Part shown: positions 1 through 13,329 of the stretch, one piece after another | Numbering within the stretch: position 1 is the stretch's first letter | Layout: each line of letters begins with the position of its first letter | DNA from: Torpedo marmorata | Taxonomy: Eukaryota | Direction of reading: 5' to 3' | DNA length: 64,000 bases | Assembly (NCBI GenBank): GCA_977017645.1 | Contig: OZ360245.1 | Location: 23,126,001 to 23,190,000, forward strand | Notes under the pieces: model-generated | Seen by the model: only the letters and a program-made list of their open reading frames with translations | Database searches by the model: none | What the model was told of the DNA's origin: nothing | Translations under genes and position numbers: made by a program

Positions 1-1280
1 AACATATTATCAATAACAAAAATAATATATCATCAAATATAATATTCGTTTGTTGACTATTATACTAAAAAACAACAAAATTACAAACAAAGGAAAACCC
101 ACCCACCCAATTCCCCCCGAAATGAAAGAAAAGAGAGGAATAGAATAAGAAAAGGTTGAAACAGAAAAGGAAAGAAGACGTTGGAGGCTTGTCGCCCACC
201 CCGCAGGCTTAAATTACTTGGCATACTCGGATTTCTGAAGAGGAAATGGACATAGGTCCTGGAGGCGAGGGAGGGCCTGGTTATAGATTTACAGCCATGT
301 GTTATAAATATGGAGTCCAAATCTTTAAAAATATATCATATCTATTTCTAAGATTATAGGTAATCTTCTCAAGGGGAACACAACTGTACATTTCCTCATT
401 CCATCTTGTCATACCTAGATGGGAGTCAGACTTCCATGTGACCGCTATACATTTCCTGGCCACCGCCAATGCGATCTTCACAAATTTTATTTGAAATTTT
501 GACAGCCTCATCTTAGGTCTTACGCCGGAGATATTGCCCAATAGAAATAATTCTGGGCGTTGTGGGAACTGAATTTCTGTAATTTGTTCAAAGAGTTTCC
601 CTAAGTCTGTCCAGAAAGGTTTTACTTTGGGGCATGACCAGGTTAAATGCAAAAACTTTCCTATTTCTTCGCCGCATCTAAAACATTTATCTGATATTTC
701 TGATTTAAATTTATTCAATTTTTGCGGCGTGAGATACAACTGGTGCAAAAAATTGTATTGCACCAGTCTGTATCTCACATTTATTGTGTTTTTCATACTG
801 TCCTGACATAAGTCGGACCAGTTTTGTTCATTAATTATTATATCCAAGTCCGACTCCCATCTCTGTCTAGATCTATGAAGCCCCTGTTTAGGGGTTCCTT
901 TTTGTAGTAAAAGATAGGCTGCTGAAATAAACTTCTTTGTGATCCCCTTTCGAATCAAAGTCTCCACTTCACTGCATTCCGGTAGGGTCATTGATGGGCC
1001 CAATTTATCCCTTAGGTAAGATCTCAGCTGGAAATAGCAGAAGAGTGTATTATTCATAATACCATACTTATTTTTTAATTGTTCAAATGACATAAGTTGT
1101 CCCTGCTCATAGAAATCCTCGACACATCTGATCCCTTTCTGGGACGAGGCATCCAGGATCTTATTATCCATTGTAAAAGGTATACACCTATTTTGAGCCA
1201 GGGGTGTTTTTGGAGATAACCTCCCCTTATTCCCAATTTGATAATTTATTTTATACCAAGTATCAATTAATGTTGGTTAT
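1..1280 (-). mobile_element. L1-clade LINE, 5'-truncated (ORF2 C-terminus plus 3' UTR)
   Basis: ORF 302-1171 contains the cysteine-rich motif CFRC-x8-HLTWSC and ends in LEKITYNLRNRYDIFLKIWTPYL. It is homologous to the ORFs at 6985 and 34961. The left boundary may lie outside the window. Confidence 0.85.
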
Positions 1281-2309
1281 TCTTCATGGTAGTATGAATG
1301 TAAGTTTTAAAGTAGTTACCAAAAATAATATGGTAGAGAACATTCCATGGTATGTTTTGCTAACTCAGCAAGGTTAAAAGCTGATTATGAAGAACAACAA
1401 CAACTCCATATTTTGGAAAGACAGTGAAAGACTATTAACCATTGGGTAAGGGACACGACCCTGATTAACGAATCCCAAGAGAATTCTAAGAAATATGTCC
1501 TTGTATGGAGAAGTCTGTTTGAATCTACTGGAGGGCTGGAAATTTATCTGTATAAATATGCAACTTGTGAGCCATGCGGCAGACTCCCTTGCGGTGAGAT
1601 TAGTGCAGGTGGCAGTGCCTCTTGCTGTAACAGAGTTCTCACGCTTTTCAAAGCAAAAATAAAGCATTTGGCAGCTGTATTTATGTTCGTTTGTCAAGTG
1701 TTTGTAGGTCCACTTTGACAGTAGGGCAGTAAAATGAATATTTTGTTAATGAGTATTTAGAGATGTGAGAGCAGTACTTGACAACCATAAAATATCAGAA
1801 ACTATCGAAAATATATCTCTTTAATTGCTTTTTTTGCTCGAAAGGTGTACCACTGAGTAATTAAAAAGCCAACTTGCAGAACTTCAAGGCTCAATGTTTT
1901 CAATACATTTACTAGCTATGGGAAGGAATTATTTATTTCAAAACTGTGGTACTGATACTGAAAAACACATTAATCTTACACTGGGCTAATAAAATTGCTA
2001 TATACATGACGATATTGCAGTAGAATTGATTGTTTTAATGATTATTCTATCAATGTTGAAATCACTAGCCTTACAATGAGCCAAAAAATGCGGTTAGATC
2101 AAAGGTTAGGTAGTTGGCATTAAAATTTACAGCAGGAAGAGTAAGTAATGGACTTAAGATTTGAATAGCTTGATAACATTTATTTTAATGGTGTTTGGTG
2201 AAGATGAATGATGGAACAAAAGGAAGGTAATTGGCAAGGATTTGAATCTGTCCTGCACAATAATAGGCCTCCAACACATGCTAGAGATGGAGCAATTTGA
2301 TGGAATCAA

Positions 2310-5300
2310 TGGAGAAAACTGAAAGTCTGCAGACGCTGAGTGATTGTAGTAAAAACACACCAAAATGATCATCTGGTCTTTTCAGCATCTATAGGAGACA
2401 AAGATATATTGCCAACTTTTCGGATCTGAGCCTTTCTTCAAGGAATAAGCAGAATAAGCCAGAAGCAGGAAATCTCAGAAAGTCTCAGAATTCAAACAAT
2501 GCTGGCCAGGGGAGGAATCCAGACCAACAAAAGGTGTTAATTGGATATGATAAGGGACAAGGTAAGAATTTATCATGTTTGTGCGAAAGGAGACAGAATG
2601 GAGAGGCAGAGATAGGGAAAGGCGACGGGGGAAGAGGGGGGGAGGTGTTAACAAAAGCCAGAGAAGTCGATATTAATGCCATCCAGTTGGAAGGTGCCCA
2701 GTCGGAAGATTAGGTGTTATTCCTCCAATTTATGGGTGGTCTCAGCCTGGCAGTTCATGAGACCATGGATAGACATGTCAGCAAGGAAATGGGATGGAGA
2801 ATTGAAATGGGTGGCCACTGGGAGATCCACGCTATTGCGGCGGACAGAGCCGAGGTGCTCAACAAAGCAATCTCCCAGTCTGCGTCCAGTCTCTCCGATG
2901 TAGAGGAGACCACAACGGGAGCACCGGATGCAGTAGATGACCCCTGCAGATTCACAAGTGAAATGTTGCTTCACTTGGAAGGACTGTTTGGGGCCCCGAA
3001 TGGTGGTGAGGGAGGAGGTGTAGGACCAAGTGGAGCATCTCCTGCAGTCACAGGGGTGGGGAGGGAGGAGTAGACAAGGGAGTCACGGAGGGAGTGGTCC
3101 CTGCGGAAGGCGGAGAGAGGAGGAGAGGGAAATATGTCTAGTGGTGGGATCACGTAGTAGGTGGCAGAAATGGCGGAGGAGGATGTGTTGGATGCGGAGG
3201 CTGGTGGGGTGGTAGGTGAGGACAAGAGGAATCCTGTCCTTGTTGCGCGTGGGGGCAGAGGGGCCAGGACAGATGTGCAGGTAATGGAGGACATGCGGGT
3301 GAGCGGCGAGTTGATGGTGGTAGAGGGAAAGTCATGTTGTTTGAAGGAGGACATCTCTGATGATCTGGCATGGAAGTTCTCATCCTGGATGCAGATGTGA
3401 CGGAGACAGAGGAATTGAGAGAATGGAATGGAATCCTTACAGGGGTCAGGGTGGGAAGAGGTGTAGTCAAGATAGCTGTGGGAATTGGTGTGTTTATAGA
3501 AGATGTCTGTCGAGAGTTTGTTTCCTGAGATGGAGACAGAGAGATCGAGGAAAGGGAGAGTGTTGCTAGAGATGGACCAAGTGAATTTGAGGTCGGGGTG
3601 GAAGTTGGCAGCAAAGTGGATGAAGTCAACAAGCTCATCATGGGTACGTGAGGCAGCACCAAAGTAGTCATCGATGTAGCTGAGGAAGAGTTGAGGGGCC
3701 TTGCCTGTGTCGGCTTGTAGCATGATTGCTCCATTTAGTCAACAAAAGGGCAGGCATAGCTGGGGCCCATGCAGGTACCCATGACTACCCCTTTGACCTG
3801 GAGAAATTGGGATGAGTCAAAGGAGAAATTATTGAAGGTGAGGACTTCTGCCAGCCGGGGGAGGGTGGTGTTGGAGGGGGACTGGTTGGTTCTATTGTCC
3901 AGAAAGAAACGAAGGGCTTTGAGGCCTTCAGTATGGGGAATGGAGGTGTATAGGGATCGGATATCCATGGTAAGCATGAGGCGATCGAGTTCAGGGAACT
4001 GGAAGTTGTTGAAGTAATGGAGGGTGTGTGAAGTGTCCCGGATGTAGGTGGGGAGGGACTGGAAAAGGGGAGACAAAACAGAGTCGAGGTAAGCGGAGAC
4101 TAATTCAGTGGGGCAGCAGCACACGGACACAATTGGTCTGCCTGGACAATTGGGTTTGTAGATCTTGGGTAGGAGGTAGAAACAGGCGGACAAAGGTTGG
4201 GAAACAATAAGGTTGGAGGCCATGCCAGGGAGGTGACCGGAGTGATGAGTTCAGAAATGGTGCGTGATAGTGTTTTGGTTGAGTCCTGTTGGAGGGGTAA
4301 GTAAGAGGAGGTGTCTGAGAGTTGTCGTCTGGCTTTGGCCAGATAGAGGTCAGTACGCCAGACCACAACAGCGCCACCCTTGTCTGCAGGTTTGATGGTG
4401 AGGTTCGGATTGGTGCGGAGAGAATGGAGGGCCAGGCGTTCCGAGGGGGTGAGATTGGAATGAGGAGAGGAGTCGTGAAGTCGATACGGTTGATGTCATG
4501 GCGGCAGTTGGAAATATAAAGGTCCAGAGCAGGCAGAAGACCGGAACGAGGTGTCCAGAAGGAGGAAGAAGGTTTAAAGTGGGAGAAGGGATCTATAGTA
4601 GGGGATGGAGAATCGTGGTTGTGGAAGTAGGCAAGGAGACAGAGCCGACGGAAGAAGAGTTCAGCATCATGACATGCATGGAACTCGTTAAGGTGTGGGC
4701 GAAGGCGTGGCCTCTACTGAAGATAGAGCGTTCAGTCTCCAAGAGAGGAAGGTCGGAGGAAATGGTGAAGACCAGGCAGGGGTTAGGGGGAGGTTCAGTG
4801 GGGTGGAGGGTGTTGGGGAGGTGAGGAGGATTGGGGTGGATCAGGAGGTGGAGGGTAGGAAGGGTCCAAGGGAGGGTTGGGAAAGTCAGAGGGTGGAGAG
4901 AGAGAGGCCCGTGCGCTCCCGGAGCCAAGGTGGGAGTTCGCGACAGAAGCTCGGTCCTGTAGGTCGCAGGGGCCAAGGTGGAAAACCGGCGTCCGAAGCT
5001 CAGTTCTGTAGGTCGCCGAGTTCAGGGTGAAAGTTCATGTCGGAGGCTCGATCCTGTAGGTCATCGGGGCCGAGACGGAGTCCCGCATGTGAAGCCCGGT
5101 CCTGTGGGCTGGCGGGTTCAGGGTGAAAGTTCATGTTCATGAGGCTTGATCCTGTAGGTCACCGAGGCCAAGGTGGAGACCTGCGTCAGGAGCTCGGTCC
5201 TGTAAACCACCAGGGCCAGAGTGGAGACCCACATGGGAGGTCACAGAGGTGGCAGTCTCCAGGGACGCGAGTTTCAGATCTTTGATGGATGCCAGGTGTG

Positions 5301-6376
5301 CGTAGAATCGGCGTTTGAATGTGTGGATCCGGTGGAGGATGAAGTAGGAGAGGTCTGTGGCAGATCATGGCGAGTGAGGTACAGAGCTGTGGTAGCGAGA
5401 GAGCAAGGGTCTGCTGGTACCTGCGAACAAGCTGAGGGTAGTCCATAGGATAAGGCAGGAGAAGTGAAGAGAGCAGGAGTCAATACAGCGCAGGTACCGG
5501 AGATCCCGGTGGGGGCCAAACTGGAAGGTTTGGAACTGGAGTCGGAATCCACGTGGCACCAGATGGCGGCGGAGGCAAGTAGCCAGGAAAGACACGTGGC
5601 TGTGTAAGCGAGTCTGGGTGAGAACATGGTCGTGGAGCTTGAGAGCAGCAGAGAGTGCAGATGGGAGCAGTGAGAGAGACTCTCACAGAACTCCCAACGA
5701 AGGTAGGAGAACTTCTTCAGGGTAGGCATCCCTTGAAGAGATTTCGCAGTGTATCAACTGAACTGAGTGAAACACAAAGGTCTGCAGACGCTGTGATTGT
5801 AGTAAAAACACCGAAATGCTGGAGGAACTCAGCCGGTCTTTTCAACGTCTATAGGAGACAAAGATATATAGCCGATGTTTCGGGCCTGAGCCCTTCTTCA
5901 AGGAATAAGAATAAGCCAGAAGCAGGAAATCTCAGAAATTCTCAAAATTCAAACAATGCTGGCTGGGGAAGGTATTCAGACCAACAAAAGGTGTTAATTG
6001 GATATAAGGGACGAGGTAAGAATTTATCATGTTTGTGCAAAAGGAGACGGAATGGGGAGACAGAGATAGGGAAAGGCGATGGAGGAAGAAGGGGGACCAG
6101 GGGGAGGGGGGTGTTAACAAAAGCCAGAGGTCGATGTTAATGCCATCCGGTTGGAGGGTGCCCAGTCGGAAGATGTATTGTTCCTCCAATTTGCGGGTGG
6201 TCTCAGTCTGGCAGTGCATGAGACCATGGACAGACATGTCGGCAAGGGAATGGGATGGAGAATTGAAATGGGTGGCCACTGGGAGATCTACGCTATTGCG
6301 GTGGACAGAGCCGAGATGCTCAACAAAGCAATCTCCCAGTCTGCGTCCAGTCTCTCCGATGTAGAGGAGACCACAA
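2310..6376 (-). mobile_element. Penelope-like element, near full length but frameshifted, with an upstream direct pseudo-LTR copy
   Basis: ORF start MPTLKKFS at 5729. RT motifs YLLPKIYKP..GRPIVS, GVVMGTCMGPSYA and SYIDD. GIY-YIG endonuclease VIYCIRC..LYIGET. Segment ~5765-6376 directly repeats ~2310-2916, the classic partial-tandem PLE arrangement. Confidence 0.9.
4945..5240 (-). repeat. Degenerate ~48-bp tandem repeat (about 6 units) inside the Penelope ORF
   Basis: Motif gctc(g/a)(g/a)tcctgtaggtc recurs at about 4949, 4998, 5046, 5094, 5144 and 5192. Confidence 0.75.
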
Positions 6377-6722
6377 ACAGAGATAACTCTCAGCTCAGCT
6401 CTCTTGCACTTCAAAGAAAATAATTTGAAGTTGTGGGAAGCACCAGAAGGTAGTGACCAGAATGAAACATGCTTATCAACCCTAAATTTAGGATAAATGA
6501 AATTTTTAATTTTGTCTACAGCCCAAAATGTGGTCACTTGGTTCACCAACATGGGGATGGCTCTTCACTGCAGTAATTCAAAGCCAATTCTTTGCCCTGC
6601 TTTTTTTCTTGGCTCTTCTGCTTCAAATGTTTGGCTGCTTGACAGAATAACTGTCATGAAAATATTTCAGTTTGCTTGCAAGCAAAGTTCTTCTGATTGT
6701 GAAGCTAAAACAAGAATGTGAA

Positions 6723-8323
6723 TTTTTTTTAAAAAATATTTTATTTAAAATTTTTAAATCACGAAATACATAAAGTAAAATATACAGTTATGAAATTATT
6801 TGTGATACATTTTCACCCCCCCTCCCCTCCCCAACCCTCCCAACCCCACTAATCTAATAAAAATATAAAATAAAAATAGAAAAAGAAGAAAGAAAGAGAA
6901 AAATAGAGTTAGGGGAATGCCAATCTATAAACTACTTCTAATAGGGAGGTCAAGTATGCCAGTAGACCCAATACCCAGAGATCCTCAAATTCTTAAGCCA
7001 ACAGCTCTCATATATGGGCTCCAAATTTTTAAGAAAAAATTATATTTATTACGTAGATTATAAGTAATTTTTTCAAGTGGTATACATGAACGAAGTTCTG
7101 CATGCCATCTTTCTAATCCTAAATCTAAATCAGATTTCCAAGTAATAGCAATGCATTTCTTTGAAACAGCTAAAGCAACTCGCAAAAATTCTATTTGATA
7201 CATATTTAATTTCATCTTAATACCAAATTTTCTAATATCTCCAAACAGAAATATCATAGGATCCATTGGAAACATAATTTTAAATATTTTATCTAAGAAA
7301 CTTTTAACTTTCAACCAAAAATCATAAACTTTTGGACAAAACCATGTACAATGTACAAAAGATCCTTCTTCCTTATTACATCTAAAACATAAACCTGATA
7401 ATGTCGGATTAAATTTCTTTAATTTTTTAGGTGTTAAATATAATTGATGAAAAAAATTGTATTGAACTAATCTATATCTAACATTAATAATCTTCGTCAT
7501 ACTTAATTTAGATAATTCTTTCCAATGATTTTCATCTATTCTTACATTCAGGTCTAATTCCCATTTTAATCTTGATTTATGCATTCCTACTTTAGGCAAT
7601 TTCCTCTGAAACAATTTATACATTTGAGAAATAAATTTATTAACATCTCCTTTAGTAACTAATAATTCTAATTCATTTTGTCTTGGCAAAATCAAAGCAT
7701 TACCTAATTTCTCAATCAAAAAAGCTCTAATTTGATAATAAGCAAAAAGTGTGTTATCTAATATATTAAATTTATCTTTCATTCTTTGAAAGGTAATACA
7801 TTTTCCAGCTTCAAAACAATCATTAATCTTCTTAATTCCTTTTTGAAACCAAATTTTAAATAATTGATTATTAATAGTAAATGGAATAAGTCCATTTTGA
7901 TATAAAGGCATCCTTGAAGAAATCAATCCTTTTCCTCCTATTTCCTTATCCGTTTTGTTCCATATTTCTAACAAATGTTTAAAAATAGGCGAATTTTTCT
8001 TTTTTGTTGATATTAATTTAGAATCCCATTTATAAATAATTTCTTCTTTGGAATCTTCTCCTATATTGTTTAATTCTATTTTAATCCAAGCAGAAGATTT
8101 AGTTAAATCAAAAAATTCATTAACAAATTTTAATTGAGCTGCTTTATAATAATTTTGGAAATTAGGAAGTTGTAAACCACCCATTTCATAATTCCAAGTT
8201 AATTTTTCCATACCTACTCTTGCTAACTTTCCTTTCCATAAAAATTTTCTAATAATTGAATTTAAATCTTTAAAAATTTTTTGAGGAATTCCATAAGGAA
8301 TTGATTGAAAAAGATATTGAATT
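6723..8323 (-). mobile_element. L1-clade LINE, 5'-truncated, with 12-bp TSD
   Basis: Open 408-aa ORF2 C-terminus (GGLQLPNFQNYY; CFRC-x8-HCTWFC). TSD caagaatgtgaa at 6711-6722 and 8324-8335. A-rich tail on the minus strand. Confidence 0.93.
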
Positions 8324-8536
8324 CAAGAATGTGAAATATTAAACAAATTAGGAATGCGAATTATCCCTCGTGTATCACTGTAAGCATTTGTGCAAAATGT
8401 GACAAAGCAAAACACAAACCCTGTTTGCCCAATTTCTATATTCCTGGCGGAAGAATAAATGTATCCCAAATTTGATTGGAGAGCAAGGGAAGCCACCTGT
8501 AGTTTGTCATAACTGAAATGAAACCTTTGCACTTAC

Positions 8537-8668
8537 AAATGTGGTGGTGGTCAAAGATCCCAAAAAGCAAACCACAATCAGACCAAGCACAAACCATTCA
8601 CGTCGTTTTCTAAGTAACACCGAATATTCATCCAATACAGCTGTTATCACTCCTTCCAGACCTGCAAA
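8537..8668 (-). CDS. slc6a4: Serotonin transporter coding exon 9 (TM8-TM9), gene continues beyond the left edge of the window
   Basis: Read manually as [44 protein letters not shown]. cttag acceptor, TTT|gtaagt donor, 132 nt. Confidence 0.96.
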
Positions 8669-8775
8669 CTAAGATTAAAAACAAAAACATCTTATCAAAA
8701 TAATAGACATGAAAATTATAATGATTTACAATTAGAACATCACATTACAACTGTCACTGTGCTATTAATTTTACA

Positions 8776-11754
8776 CTGGCGCCGACCGCCTACCCAACGG
8801 AGCTCCCGACGCCCCGGCAGCAAACTCCAATCTGGGCCCCGGCCACTTACTCACCGGAGCTCCCGACGCTTCAACCGCCGACTCCAGCATTGACCCCGTC
8901 CGCCTACCTGCAGGAGGTCTCGACGCTGATGCCGCCAACTCTCACCTGAGCCCCGGCCGCCCTCGGGCCGGAGCTTCCCATGCTGACTCCAACCACAGTA
9001 GGAGTCTATGGCTCCCGACATAGACTCCTACTGTGGTCCCGATCTCGCTGCTGGATCCCACTTACTCATCCCCCTTACTACTCCTTACCCTTCCCTATCC
9101 CCCTACACCTCTCCCTACTCCACCCCTATCTCCCCCTCTCAGCTTCCCTCTTCTGCCCAACCCCCTAACCCTCAGACTTCATCTCCCCCCCCACTCTCTG
9201 ATTACCCCCCCACCCTCCTCCTCCCCTCTCTGACCTCCCCAACCCTCCCCCTCCAACCCTCCAACTCCCCCACCTTCCATCTCCACCCTCTGACCTCCCT
9301 AACCCCATCTCCCCCCAACACCCTCCATCACACCAATTCCCACTCTGACTCCTGCTTAGTCTTTACTATCCCCTCTGAACTTCCCCTCTCTGAGATGGAG
9401 CGCTCGGTCCTCAGCAGAGGCCTTACCTTCATCCCCCTCCGCCCACACCTTAATGAGTTCTGCGCACGCCACGATGCCGAACTCTTCTTCCGTCACCTCC
9501 GTCTCCGGGCCTACTTCCATGACCGTGACTCTCCACCCCCAAAGCCAAGACCCCTTCTCCCGCTTTAAGCCTTCTTCCTCCTCCTGGACACCTCGTCCTG
9601 GCCAGCTGCCCACTCTGTATCTTTTTATTTCCAACTGCCGCCGAGACATCAACCGTCTCAACTTCATCACTCCCCTCTCGTATTCTAATCTTACTTCCTC
9701 CGAACGCTCTGTCCTCCACTCTCTCCGCAACAATCCCAACCTCACCATCAAACCCGCAGACAAGGGTAGTGCTGTTGTGGTCTTGCGCACTGACCTCTAC
9801 TTTGCTGAGGCCAGACGACAGCTCTCAGACACCTCTTCCTACTTACCCCTCCCACAGGACCCCACCACAGCTCATCAAGCCACTGTCTCCAACACCATCT
9901 CCAACCTCATCACCTCTGGTCACCCCACTCCCACGGCCGCCAACCTCATTGTCTCTACCTTCTACCCAAGATACACAAACCCAACCATCCGGGTAGACCC
10001 ATTGTTTCCGCTTGCTCTTGTCCCACCGAACTAGTTTCATCTTACCTTGACTTTATCTTTTCTCCCCTGGTCCAATCCCTCCCCACCTACATCCGCGATA
10101 CCTCACATGCCCTCCATCTCTTCACTGACTTCAGATTCCCTGAACTGGACCAATCCCTTTATACCTCCATCCCCCATACAGAAGGTCTTAAAGCACTTCG
10201 CTTATTTCTGGACCAGATACCCGACCAGTCACCCTCCTCCGCCTGGCAGAACGTCCTCACTCTAAACAACTTCCCCTTTAACTCGTCTCACTTCCTCCAA
10301 ATCAAAGGAGTAGCCATGGGTACCCACATGGGTCCCAGCTACGCCTGCCTGTTTGTGGGTTTTGTGGAGCAATCCATGCTGCAAGCCTACACAGGCAAGA
10401 TCCCTCAACTCTTCCTCCGTTATATTGATGACTACATCGGGGCTGCCTCATGCACCTGCGATGAGCTTGTCAACTTCATTCACTTTGCAGCCAACTTCCA
10501 CCCCAATCTCAAACTCACCTGGGTCCATCTCTGACAACACTCTCCCCTTTATGGATCTCTCTGTCTCCATCTCGGGAGACAAGCTTTCCACCGACATATA
10601 TTACCAACCCACTAACTCCCACAACTACCTTGACTACACTCCCTCACACCCTATCTCCTGCAAGGATTCTATTCCCTTCTCTCAATTTCTCTGTCTCCGC
10701 GGCATCTGTTCCCAAGATGAGGTTTTTCAGTCCAGATCTTCCAAAGTGTCTGCCTTCTTCCACAAACGTGGCTTCCCCTCCACCACCATCAACTCAGCCC
10801 TCACCCGCATCTCCTCTATTTCCCGCTCATCTGCCTTGGCCCCCTCTGCCCCCAGATGCAACAAACACAGAATCCCCCTTATCCTCACCTACCACCCCAC
10901 CAGCCTCTGTATCCAACACATTATCCTCTGGAATTTCTGGCACTTACAACAGGATCCCACTACCAGACACATCTTCCCCTCTCCTCTCTGCCTTCCGTAG
11001 GGACCACTCCCTCCGTAACCCCCTCGGCATCTTCCCCTGTGGCGCAGGAGGTGCCACACTTGCGCCCACACCTCCTCCCTCACCACAGTCCGGGGCCCCA
11101 AACAAGCCTTTCAAGTGAAGCAACACTTTACTTGTGTATCCGCAGGATTGATTTACTGCATCCGGTGTTCCCTTTGTAGCCTTCTCTACATAGAAGAGAC
11201 TGGGCGCAGACTGGGAGATCGCTTCACTGAGCACCTTCACTCCGTCCGCACCAGTGACAGAGACCTCCCAGTAGTCAACCATTTCAGTTCTGTGTCGCAC
11301 TCCCATACTCACATGTCTGTCCATGGCCTTATGCACTATCCCACCAAGACCACCCGTAAATTGGAGGATCAACACCTGATTTTCCGTCTGGGCACTTTCC
11401 AGCCAGATGGCATTAACATCGACTTTTCTGGTTTCTGCTAACCTGCTCTCCTCCCCCTCCCCCCCCTTCCCTCTCTATTCACCCAGCCATCCCTCCTCCC
11501 CTTGCTTGCTGCTGTCCCCTCCCTCCCTTCTCCACCTATTACCTCCTGGCTTTGCGACCACACCTCCCCCCCCCTCCACTCTTTTATTTGGACGCCTGCT
11601 GACATTTTTCCATACCTTGATAAAGGGCTCAAGCCCGAAACGTTGGTTATGTATTTTTACCTTTGCTATATAAAGGACACTGTTTGACCTGCTGAGTTTC
11701 TCCAGCATTTGTGTTTTTACTTCAACCACGGTTTCTACAGATTTTTGTGTTTTA
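8776..11754 (+). mobile_element. Penelope-like element, 5'-truncated and frameshifted, with 14-bp TSD
   Basis: IKPADKG, MGTHMGPSYA, RYIDD and GIY-YIG (LIYCIRC..LYIEET) motifs. About four 57-bp repeats and a Pro-rich stretch at the 5' end. TSD ctattaattttaca at 8762-8775 and 11755-11768. Confidence 0.92.
11611..11651 (+). ncRNA. Minimal type I hammerhead-ribozyme-like motif in the Penelope 3' terminus
   Basis: cauacc-UUGAUAA-A-gggc(ucaa)gccc-GAAA-cg-UU-gguuaug: stem I, variant core, stem II hairpin, GAAA box and palindromic ACGU stem III. Confidence 0.65.
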
Positions 11755-12139
11755 CTATTAATTTTACATATTGTCATTACTGTAATACTATCTTGTTTAT
11801 GATGTATGATAATAGTGAAAGGGCTAGTAATGACTTGGTAATGAGTAATCAGTTTTAAATATTTATCAGATATTTAAGGTTTTTGCAAACTAAACCACAG
11901 ATGGACAATGACACGTAGCTTCTTTGCTTACCCACTTGCCCCAGTGACTTACATCCAATTTATATACATAACACTTCCAAAAATTTAGATAACACACAAC
12001 ACACTGGGTAAAAGGTCCATTGTGTCCACTAATACTACTCGTTTAGATTGACATTCTTTTGTATGGATTACTAGTCAACATGAAGACACAAGAGACTGTA
12101 GATGTGAAATCTGGAGCAAAAATCACACTACTGGAGGAA

Positions 12140-12790
12140 GTCAATATAGATCTACTCCACAACAATCTAATCTTTCCATACCTCATAGCCATAACCTTCT
12201 ATTTCTTTGATATCCATGTCCCTTTTGTATCAGCCGCCACCACCACCCCTGGCAGTGCATCCCAGCACCCACCGCTGTGTAAAAAAAAAAAAAACTACCT
12301 CTGATATCTCCCCTGAACTGTCCTTAAACAGATGTCCTCTTGCATTGGTCAATTTTGCACTGGGAAAAAGGTGCTGGCTGTCCACTCTATCTATGCCTCT
12401 CAAAATCTTATACACCTCTGTTAAAGTGTCTCTTCATCATCTGTCACTCCAAGGAGAAAAACCCTAGCTTGCTCAACCTTGATCTTCCAAAGAGTATCAC
12501 ATCACACAACACTTATCCAGGTTGAACTCCATTTTCCATTTCTCTGCCCAACTCTGCAACCTGTCTATAGCCCAATGTAACCTACAGCAACCTTCATGAT
12601 CTACAACACCTCCAACCTTTTTATCATCTGCAAACTTCCTAATCCACCCCTCCATTTCCTCATTCAAGTCATTAAAAAAAAATCACAAAGAGCAGGGGCC
12701 CCAGACCACCAGTCACAATACCCTCCACCCTCTGCATTCTGTGGGAAAGCCAATTCAGAATCCACGCAGCTGAGTTTCCTGCCGAGTTGT
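12140..12790 (-). mobile_element. Degenerate CR1 LINE 3' fragment
   Basis: YKILRGIDRVDSQHLFP..TNARGH..FFTQR matches the CR1 ORF2 C-terminus. ADD region near 12625. Boundaries approximate. Confidence 0.75.
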
Positions 12791-13205
12791 TCCAACAGTT
12801 TGATCTTTCCACAAGTCAAAATTAAATGGAAACTAATGTGGTCAGCATTATAATTACGATTCATCAGAATACAAAAAACACAAGTCATTTGATTACTTCT
12901 TTTGCAAATAGCCTAGACAACATTCCCCAAATTGCATCTTGCAAAGAGCTGCAGTTGTGCTTTTGAAGTCTGGTACAATATAATGAAAATATAAACAGCT
13001 AGAGACAAAGCTCAGTGCAATGTGGATTCAGTTATTGTGAATGTTTTTTTTCCACTATGTTATAAGTGCATGTTTAACAAGTTTTAGTGCAAACCCCTCA
13101 AGCAAAAATACATTTGGAGAAGAACATCTGTTTAGAACTATGTGGAAATACAAAAATCAATAGTATTACACCACAGAAAGCTTCAGCAGATGCTCAATTG
13201 CTTAC

Positions 13206-13318
13206 CGTGCTATCCAAACCCAAAGTGATCAGCATTATGAAAAATATTATGGCAAAAAATGTTGGTGCTGGCAAGTTGGCAATTCCCTCTGCATAAGTGA
13301 TGAAAAGCAGACTGGGAC
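13206..13318 (-). CDS. slc6a4: Serotonin transporter coding exon 8 (TM8)
   Basis: Read manually as [38 protein letters not shown]. cctag acceptor, ACG|gtaag donor, 113 nt. LDST is SERT-type (DAT and NET differ at the last residue). Confidence 0.96.
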
Positions 13319-13329
13319 CTAGGAACAGG

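Noticed and set aside
1-8536. slc6a4 coding exon 10 (expected GGAYVV...WFYG, about 100 nt)
   Set aside because: No matching translation with splice sites was found. The ccataaaa at about 1785 lacks the surrounding motif. The exon probably lies outside the window.
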